42,001 bases of DNA from Candidatus Thiothrix namsaraevi (lineage in GTDB: Bacteria > Pseudomonadota > Gammaproteobacteria > Thiotrichales > Thiotrichaceae), in the NCBI GenBank assembly GCA_040415395.1, contig JBEUIR010000001.1, forward strand, positions 1 to 42,001, in the 5' to 3' direction. The notes beneath the pieces were generated by a model, which was not told the origin of the DNA, ran no database searches, and saw only the letters and a list, made by a program, of their open reading frames with translations. Positions within the stretch are counted from its first letter, which is position 1, and each line of letters opens with the position of its first letter. Below are positions 1 through 5,935 of the stretch, one piece after another. The position numbers and the translations under genes were made by a program.

Positions 1-1
1 C

Positions 2-103
2 CCCAGCCTGATTAATCGCCCCGGCAAAGGCTACGAAGGTCGGACATTCCTTGCCGCGCAGGATGTGGAAGATGTTATCGCTTACCTGGGGACACTGAAA
101 TGA
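2..103 (+). CDS. soxX: SoxX c-type cytochrome, 3' end (partial, runs off the window start)
   Basis: My translation of frame 2 gives PSLINRPGKGYEGRTFLAAQDVEDVIAYLGTLK*, a typical SoxX C-terminal helix. Its TGA (101-103) overlaps the soxA ATG (ATGA). Confidence 0.75.
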   Translation, partial: PSLINRPGKGYEGRTFLAAQDVEDVIAYLGTLK

Positions 104-864
104 AATACTACCTCGCCCTCAGCTTGCTGATGACCGCTGGGATGGCATGGGCAGATGCCCCCAGTCCTGCCAAGTCCGGTTACGAATTCGTCAAGGAGGA
201 AACCCGTGCCATGCAGGACGACGAATTCCAGAACCCCGGTTTTATTGCGGTGGAAGAAGGGCGTGGATTGTTCAACAGCCAGCCTGCTTCCGGCAAATCC
301 TGCGGCAGTTGCCACGGTGATGACGGTGCCAAGCTGGAGGCAAAAAACTTGGCTCGTTACCCTATCTACGACAAGGAATTGGGCGGTATTGTGCGTCTGG
401 ATGACCGTATCAATGTCTGCCGTGAAAAACAGTCGGGCGAAAAACCGTTCCCGGCGTATTCCAAAGAATTGCTGGCATTGGAAACCTTTGTGCGCCATCT
501 GGCGATTGGTGAGCCAGTCAATGTGCAAACCGACGGCGAAATGGCAGATTTGCTGAAAAAAGGCGAAGATCTGTACAAAATCCGCTTTGGCTTGATTGAT
601 ATGTCGTGCGCCCATTGCCATGACAGCTACCCGGGGCAATTTATTCGCGGGCAGAAAATCAGCGAAGGGCAGGGTAATGGTTTCCCTGCTTACCGGCTGG
701 ATACCGGGGAAATGGCAAACCTTGATTTGCGTATCAAGCAGTGTCTGTTGTTAATGCGGGCAGAACCGTTTGCCCCTGATGCCGAAGAAAGCAAACTGCT
801 GGGCGCTTACATCATGTCGCGTTCCAATGGGCTGAAAATCGAAACGCCAGCAGTGCGGTATTGA
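100..864 (+). CDS. soxA: SoxA, sulfur-oxidation c-type cytochrome (diheme)
   Basis: Sec signal peptide; two CxxCH motifs (CGSCH, CAHCH); GFPAYRL motif; active-site R-x-x-x-C (LRIKQC...RAEP); C-terminal IETPAVR. Confidence 0.92.
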   Translation: MKYYLALSLLMTAGMAWADAPSPAKSGYEFVKEETRAMQDDEFQNPGFIAVEEGRGLFNSQPASGKSCGSCHGDDGAKLEAKNLARYPIYDKELGGIVRLDDRINVCREKQSGEKPFPAYSKELLALETFVRHLAIGEPVNVQTDGEMADLLKKGEDLYKIRFGLIDMSCAHCHDSYPGQFIRGQKISEGQGNGFPAYRLDTGEMANLDLRIKQCLLLMRAEPFAPDAEESKLLGAYIMSRSNGLKIETPAVRY

Positions 865-869
865 TCATT

Positions 870-1190
870 TTAGACTAAATCATGCCCCAGCATATCGCCT
901 TCCGTATTCATGTGGATTTCGCGTACTTGCGGCATCCGCTTGAGGATGTAGGCTGCCATTAGCGTCCCGCTTTTTTGGTTGCCATTGGAAAGTGCGGTCA
1001 AAATCTTGTCTGCCACAATTTGGCAGCGTTGTTCCTGATTGGGGTTGTCTACCCATTTGCGGCTCATTTGATAGCCTTTGCTCATGTCCTGATCCATCTG
1101 TGCGAAAAAGTCTTCGCCTTCCGCCAGCATAAAATCCGGCACGTCAATATCGCGTGTGGTGTCGTTGATTTGTATCCGTAATTGCATCAC
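870..1190 (-). CDS. Hypothetical protein (106 aa), single Cys (QRCQIVADK)
   Basis: The ORF fills the space convergent with soxA and divergent from the next gene, with globular composition. No family recognised with certainty. Confidence 0.75.
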   Translation of the reverse strand: MMQLRIQINDTTRDIDVPDFMLAEGEDFFAQMDQDMSKGYQMSRKWVDNPNQEQRCQIVADKILTALSNGNQKSGTLMAAYILKRMPQVREIHMNTEGDMLGHDLV

Positions 1191-1253
1191 TCTTTACCCT
1201 GTGCTTCTGTCTGGTGGGCAGATTACCCGATTCCGGCTTTGAAAGGAAATGCC

Positions 1254-1922
1254 ATGCTCTTACTGATTAAAAATGTCCTTGATGCGCAACGTGTGAAAGA
1301 AGTGCAGGAATTGCTTGCCACGGGTGAATTCGTGGATGGGCGCTTTTCGGCCGGTATGGAGGCGGCAAAGGTAAAATACAACCAAGAGCTTTCCCCGAAT
1401 AGCCCCTTGCATCGGCGCTTGAACGCGATGGTGATGTCGCCGCTGGTGCAACACCCGGAATATCAGGCGGCGGTGATGCCGTTGCGGGTGGCGACAGCGT
1501 TTTATGCGCGTTATTTGCCAGGGATGACGTATGGTTTCCACGTGGATGATCCGGTCATGGGACCAATGTCAGGGCGTTACCGTACCGATGTGTCCACGAC
1601 GGTGTTTCTTAACGATGATTATGACGGTGGAGAAATCGTTATCCGTACCGCTTATGGGGAAGAAAAAATACGCGGGGAAGCCGGTGATGCGGTGGTGTAT
1701 GATTCTGGCAGTTGGCACAAAGTCGCGGAAGTGACCAAGGGTATCCGTTTGGTAGCGGTGACATGGGCGCAAAGTTTGGTGAAAGACCCGCAGCAACGCG
1801 AGTTGCTCTACCAATTAGCCAAAGCACGTGAAGGCGTCATTGCGAAGTTACCTCAGTCCGAAGAGGCTGCCAGCGTCAGCACCGTGCATATTAATTTGCT
1901 GCGGATGTGGAGTGAAGTGTAG
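1254..1922 (+). CDS. PKHD-type Fe(II)/2-oxoglutarate hydroxylase (PiuC/YbiX family)
   Basis: Motifs FVDGRFSAG..AAKVK.NQEL, YGFHVDD (HxD), RTDVS, YDGGE, H.V.EVTKG.R, WAQSLV, NLLRMWSE. Start moved to ATG 1254 after SD AAGGA. Confidence 0.9.
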   Translation: MLLLIKNVLDAQRVKEVQELLATGEFVDGRFSAGMEAAKVKYNQELSPNSPLHRRLNAMVMSPLVQHPEYQAAVMPLRVATAFYARYLPGMTYGFHVDDPVMGPMSGRYRTDVSTTVFLNDDYDGGEIVIRTAYGEEKIRGEAGDAVVYDSGSWHKVAEVTKGIRLVAVTWAQSLVKDPQQRELLYQLAKAREGVIAKLPQSEEAASVSTVHINLLRMWSEV

Positions 1923-2045
1923 TTACTCATGCAAATTCACCACTAAGCTGAAAATTCCTGTTCTTTATCTGGAATGCAGTTTGCATCCCTCCATTTTTAG
2001 TGGAAAAAGGAGGGATAGTGTAGATGCGACTACAAGGAGTTTTGC

Positions 2046-2927
2046 ATGGGGCAACTGGTAATTAAAAAAGCGTCATGGCTGGAAAGCCATGCCAAGCAGC
2101 TTGTGATTTGGGGGCCGATCGCCGCCGTACAAGCCAGTACCTTGGTCGGTTTGGGATATTTTTCTCAACGTCTTAATGCGTTGGAAGCTAATGAGACACC
2201 GCAGCCACATGCGCCATCTGTCTTGGCAGTCAGTACGTTGCAAGATGTGAAGCCGCCCACGCTGGTGCGAGCCAGTCGTATCCCTCTGCCGCCCCCACCT
2301 GCTGCGCCAGCCGTTGTTAGCATTCCCGTTGCAATGCATAGCCCTGCCGTGATCGACTTCATGCGTGTGGGGCAGGATTTTTCTGCGGTAACAACAACCA
2401 AGCCGGTTGCCGTGAAGAAAAATGTTACGCAAAAAACGGCACAGGTAGCGAAGCCGGTGGTGAAACCGGTTGCAGTTGTTAAATCCAGCGATGAAGAGCG
2501 AGTGGTACAAGCTAACCTTGCAAAAATCCCCAGTAAACCGGAAGCGAATGAGATTGACTTTAAGGTTGCAGATACGAGGGTTATTGATCCTGTGGTGATT
2601 CCTGAGGAAATTCCGCGTGGCAAGCCACTACCTGTCGGTATTGTCGCATGGGTTTATTTGGGTGAGTTACGTGAACAAGGCTGGCATGGGCAGCGTTTAC
2701 ATATTGCGTCAGATAGTGGTTTGCCCGTTGTAGGCGAGCAATACCGTACTCAAAAAATCCACGGTATTTATGATCAGCCTTATGGCAGCCGCACGATGGG
2801 TGGTTTCCAAAAGGGTGATATGGTCAAGATTTTAGACGTGCGCCATGAGGCGAATTTTGGCGTCTGGGCTCAGGTGCGTAAAGTGAGTGCGGTGGGGAAG
2901 CCGGGATGTGTAACGTGTACTCAGTAA
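2046..2927 (+). CDS. Hypothetical membrane-anchored protein with Pro/Val/Lys-rich linker, possible SH3-like C-terminal domain and terminal CxxC
   Basis: SD AAGGAG upstream; N-terminal hydrophobic segment; PLPPPPAAP linker; GFQKGDMVKILDV..VWAQV resembles SH3b; ends in CVTCTQ. Confidence 0.65.
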   Translation: MGQLVIKKASWLESHAKQLVIWGPIAAVQASTLVGLGYFSQRLNALEANETPQPHAPSVLAVSTLQDVKPPTLVRASRIPLPPPPAAPAVVSIPVAMHSPAVIDFMRVGQDFSAVTTTKPVAVKKNVTQKTAQVAKPVVKPVAVVKSSDEERVVQANLAKIPSKPEANEIDFKVADTRVIDPVVIPEEIPRGKPLPVGIVAWVYLGELREQGWHGQRLHIASDSGLPVVGEQYRTQKIHGIYDQPYGSRTMGGFQKGDMVKILDVRHEANFGVWAQVRKVSAVGKPGCVTCTQ

Positions 2928-2951
2928 GAGTGTTGAGCGGTCATTGGCACT

Positions 2952-2978
2952 AAAAAAGCCGCTATGTAGCGGCTTTTT
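2952..2978. terminator. Bidirectional intrinsic terminator
   Basis: AAAAAAGCCGCTA-TG-TAGCGGCTTTTT between convergent genes, with A and T tracts on either side. Confidence 0.85.
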
Positions 2979-2999
2979 ACGCATTTGCAGCTTTGCAGC

Positions 3000-3191
3000 T
3001 TACTTCCAGAAATTCGCTTCTTTGGAGGCAATTTCACGGACTTCGTTAGTCAGTTCTTGGTAACGCTCACGGTAAGCTTTCCACTCACCTACGTAGTATT
3101 CTTCCGCGTTGAATTGACCAGATTGTTCGTATGCGATGAATTTCTTCTGCATTTCCAGCATTTCGCTAATCAGCTCTTGCTTAGTGCTCAT
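3000..3191 (-). CDS. Small helical hypothetical protein (63 aa), last gene of the divergent cluster
   Basis: MSTKQELISEMLEMQKKF...; SD GAGG upstream of ATG 3191; followed by a terminator. Confidence 0.75.
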   Translation of the reverse strand: MSTKQELISEMLEMQKKFIAYEQSGQFNAEEYYVGEWKAYRERYQELTNEVREIASKEANFWK

Positions 3192-3248
3192 GTTCGGTGC
3201 CTCTTCAAATTTAACCAAATCCTGAAAGTAGGATAAACGGATTCAGGT

Positions 3249-3270
3249 AAAAGGGGGAATACCCCCTTTC
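3249..3270 (-). terminator. Hairpin or weak terminator after the DsrC-like gene
   Basis: Minus strand GAAAGGGGG-TATT-CCCCCTTTT with only a 4-U tail. Confidence 0.5.
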
Positions 3271-3279
3271 GGGTAGAAA

Positions 3280-3624
3280 TCAATAGCCGCCTTTGCGGTT
3301 AGTGGCTGGCAGACCTGCGACTTTCAGACCTTGCTTGCTCGGTGCGCGTGGGAACAGGGTGTACATGTCTTTACTGGACAGTTTTTTGTCGCCCCACTGA
3401 TCAGCCATTGCTTTCTGGATAATACGTTCCATTGGCTGTGTGCCGCCGTTGTTGATGTACTGGTCGCGCAGGTAGTTAATGACGTCCCAGTGACGTTCAG
3501 TCAACTCACCAATGCCTTCTTCGGCAGCAATAACTTTAGCAACTTCTTCGTTCCAGTCGTTCAGGTCTACCAAATAACCTGCTTCGGTGGTTTCGATGGT
3601 TGTGCCGTTTACTTCGTAAGCCAT
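3280..3624 (-). CDS. DsrC/TusE-family paralogue lacking all cysteines (RspA-like)
   Basis: GYLVDLNDWNEEVA..IA..EGI.ELTERHWDVINYLR..Y...LFP..P..QG.KVAGLP is the DsrC/TusE fold. The C-terminus is NRKGGY rather than PTGCV. Start ATG 3624 after SD GAGGA. Confidence 0.88.
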   Translation of the reverse strand: MAYEVNGTTIETTEAGYLVDLNDWNEEVAKVIAAEEGIGELTERHWDVINYLRDQYINNGGTQPMERIIQKAMADQWGDKKLSSKDMYTLFPRAPSKQGLKVAGLPATNRKGGY

Positions 3625-3681
3625 GTTTAATTCCTCATGCAAAAGTGAATGTTGCCATTCGATGAAATTCTTGACCGCAAA

Positions 3682-3687
3682 ATTATA
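3682..3687 (-). promoter_or_regulatory. Possible internal -10 box (TATAAT) for the DsrC-like gene
   Basis: Perfect TATAAT on the minus strand about 58 nt upstream of the ATG. No good -35 at 17 bp. Confidence 0.3.
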
Positions 3688-3736
3688 CGAAAAAGCAGTA
3701 AACCGCCCATTCCTCAAAAGGGATACGCCATTCTCG

Positions 3737-3778
3737 CTCCTCTCCACCCTTGAGGGAGAGGGGCTGGGGGTGAGGGGT
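3737..3778 (-). repeat. C-rich REP-like palindromic element, copy 1
   Basis: Minus strand CCCCTCACCCCCAGCCCCTCTCCCTCAAGGGTGGAGAGGAG, beginning 4 nt after the cas6 stop. Confidence 0.7.
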
Positions 3779-3781
3779 TCT

Positions 3782-4471
3782 TTACTCAGTAGGCTTCAAG
3801 GTTTTGATGCCCTTGTGAGGCATAAAAAGCCCGCAACCGAGTTTGCGCCCCTCACCCAGTCCGTATTGCTGCAAGCGGATTGAGGGTTCGCTGTCTAAGT
3901 CCGCAATCATTAAATGACGGGTATGCAATACGCCTGTCGGGGTGAGTAAGGTGTGGCTCTTGCCGCACAGCATTTTTTTTACGTTGAAATCAGCGACCCG
4001 TTTTACTTCTGCCGCCATGCGTTGCAGAAAGCTGTTTTCGTCTTCTGCTGCGTCAGAGAGCACGTAGCGGGCGAATACCACCGAGGTGTGGATGAACGGT
4101 TTTTCCTTCATGTCCCGCAAGCCGACAGCATAGCCATTCACATCCAGTTTTGTACCAGAGAGCGTCTTGGTCTCAGGGATACGGATTTTGGGAATGCGTA
4201 AAAACAGCCGTGTGCGCCGCGAAGGTAGCAGGAATTGATTAGCCGCATCGTCGGGGCGTTCCCAGCCATTGCCACTTTCAGCAACGTGAATGGGGTGGAC
4301 ACCCGCGATGCTTTCATCAGCAAACCAAGGCAGGGCGCGTTGGACAGCTTGTGCCAAATCCCACGCATGATCCAGCGGCAACTGCTTGCAGTCGATGGCG
4401 AAACTAACATCCAGCACCTCATCGGGTGCTTGATAGGGGAGGGTTTTATCCTCGTCTTCCTGCCAAAACAT
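3782..4471 (-). CDS. cas6: Orphan Cas6 RAMP-family endoribonuclease, type I-MYXAN (Cmx6)-like
   Basis: N-terminal D-V-x-F...LPLDHAWDL (P-x-D-H motif); GVHPIH; SRRTRL.LRIP; C-terminal S..LQ..GLGEGRKLGCGLFMPHK Gly-rich loop diagnostic of Cas6. Confidence 0.85.
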   Translation of the reverse strand: MFWQEDEDKTLPYQAPDEVLDVSFAIDCKQLPLDHAWDLAQAVQRALPWFADESIAGVHPIHVAESGNGWERPDDAANQFLLPSRRTRLFLRIPKIRIPETKTLSGTKLDVNGYAVGLRDMKEKPFIHTSVVFARYVLSDAAEDENSFLQRMAAEVKRVADFNVKKMLCGKSHTLLTPTGVLHTRHLMIADLDSEPSIRLQQYGLGEGRKLGCGLFMPHKGIKTLKPTE

Positions 4472-4476
4472 CGTGT

Positions 4477-4674
4477 TTACCTCGCCGACGAAAACGTGAT
4501 TTCCAATTGGTCGTACCAGTCTTCCGGGCGGTCTTTGTAGCCGGGTGGCTCAATGTCAATCTGGAAGAAAATCGCGCCGGTTTCCAAGGCGCGTTGCTGC
4601 ACGATTTGTTTCAGCTCCTCGAAGTTGCTGATGTTGTGACCATCTACCATTAAAATTTGACTTAAACTGAGCAT
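4477..4674 (-). CDS. Small acidic hypothetical protein (65 aa), apparently coupled to cas6
   Basis: Strong SD GAGGAG. Its stop is 5 nt before the cas6 ATG, and the cas6 SD (GAGG) lies in its last codons. Confidence 0.8.
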   Translation of the reverse strand: MLSLSQILMVDGHNISNFEELKQIVQQRALETGAIFFQIDIEPPGYKDRPEDWYDQLEITFSSAR

Positions 4675-4694
4675 ATTCTCTCCTCATGTCTTGT

Positions 4695-4734
4695 TCCCCT
4701 CACCCCTTGCGGGGGAGGGGTTAGGGGTGGTGGG
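4695..4734 (-). repeat. C-rich REP-like palindromic element, copy 2
   Basis: Minus strand CCCACCACCCCTAACCCCTCCCCCGCAAGGGGTGAGGGGA, overlapping the stop of the TauD-like gene, same orientation as copy 1. Confidence 0.7.
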
Positions 4735-5614
4735 TATCCGTGACCCGATCAAAATAACGCCCGCGATACAGCAAGCGGGTTTGTGCTGGGTCTTCACTGT
4801 CTCTAAATGCGGTGCGGCAGTGCAGCACGTTATTGCACAACAAGCCTTCGCCTGCCTGTAATGTGTACCTTATTTTGTAAGGTGAGTCCTGTTGCCATAA
4901 ATTCAATAGGAAATCGGCGGCTTCCCGTGTCATCGGGTCATCGCGCCAGATTACATTGCGCTGGCGGGCGGAATAGCGCATGTGCAAATGCCCCGCAGCG
5001 GTGACGCTAAACACGGGGCCAGATTGTTCGGGGCGAATGATTTCCCCGTTCAAGACATTGGCAGGAATGCTGAAAGCATTCGGATGCATCAGGGCGTGAA
5101 TGTAATCAGGGTTAGCATCGCGTAATAAAATGTAGGCAATTTCATGATCCATCAACCAGCTTTCACCGCCTTCGAGTGCGGGTTGGGCACAATGCAATAA
5201 CATGCCATGAATTTGCTCTTCTGGCAGGTTGTAGTATCCGTCAGTATGCCAACTTAGCGGTTTATTGGTGTAGGGAATGTAATCGTGCTGCCCCGCGTGC
5301 GAGGTAACGTGCAAGGAGGTGAGGCTGTCTGCATCAGCACACAAGTTGTTATCCAGCCGAAACAAACCGACTTTTTGTCCTAAACGATGGACATGGCGTT
5401 TGCTGCGCACGTCGCCTTGCGCAAAATGATACAACGCGAGATTGTGTTCGCGGCAAATGTGCTGGAGTTGCGCTATTTCGGTCTCACTGGGATTTTCGGG
5501 GTCTGCAATTGTGGTGAGCAAGGCGTTCGGCAATAGGGGGTAGGCGGATAATTTTTTGTTGCGCCACGTCTGATACGTCGTTAACGCTTTGATATTAAAG
5601 GGAGAATTATGCAT
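4721..5614 (-). CDS. TauD/TfdA-family Fe(II)/2-oxoglutarate dioxygenase
   Basis: WHTDGYY (HxD), LLHC..PA..GGES.L.D, L..GE.L..NN.LH.R..F (distal His), R.LYRGRY (2OG-binding Arg). Confidence 0.88.
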   Translation of the reverse strand: MHNSPFNIKALTTYQTWRNKKLSAYPLLPNALLTTIADPENPSETEIAQLQHICREHNLALYHFAQGDVRSKRHVHRLGQKVGLFRLDNNLCADADSLTSLHVTSHAGQHDYIPYTNKPLSWHTDGYYNLPEEQIHGMLLHCAQPALEGGESWLMDHEIAYILLRDANPDYIHALMHPNAFSIPANVLNGEIIRPEQSGPVFSVTAAGHLHMRYSARQRNVIWRDDPMTREAADFLLNLWQQDSPYKIRYTLQAGEGLLCNNVLHCRTAFRDSEDPAQTRLLYRGRYFDRVTDTHHP

Positions 5615-5654
5615 ATTGTAGACCTCGATAAAGACCGATAATTACTATAGCTAT

Positions 5655-5682
5655 TTGCAATATTAAAAAATCCGAATATGCT
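5655..5682 (+). promoter_or_regulatory. Candidate sigma70 promoter for the dsr operon with overlapping inverted-repeat operator
   Basis: TTGCAA-N16-TATGCT, with ATATTA-AAAAATCC-GAATAT (5660-5679) spanning the spacer. A second candidate, TTGCTA-N16-TATGTT, lies at 5692-5719. Confidence 0.4.
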
Positions 5683-5935
5683 ATTGTACCGTTGCTAGTG
5701 GACTATTTTTGATTATGTTAAGCGCCTATCTCCTTGGGGATACAGCATGGATTCAGCTAACACCCCATGGGTGAGATTCTATGACGGGAGCATGACGCAT
5801 ACACTTAGCCCACTCGCAAATAGCAGCGAACACAGTTACGTGACCCGTTTTTGATTTGATGTTTCCCTTGGCTTTTAGTTTGTAGAGCAGGTCAAGAGGA
5901 ATCGCCATTGCAATCGTTTTACTGAGGAGGCAGGT

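Noticed and set aside
1191-1253. Fur box upstream of the PiuC-like gene
   Set aside because: There is no convincing match to GATAATGATAATCATTATC.
3625-3747. 41-aa N-terminal extension of the DsrC paralogue in the ORF track
   Set aside because: Homology starts at MAYEV (3624), which has an SD. The extension runs through a repeat and a probable promoter.
4721-5614. Calling the dioxygenase a true taurine dioxygenase (tauD)
   Set aside because: Only family-level motifs are visible and there is no sulfonate transporter nearby, so the substrate cannot be assigned.
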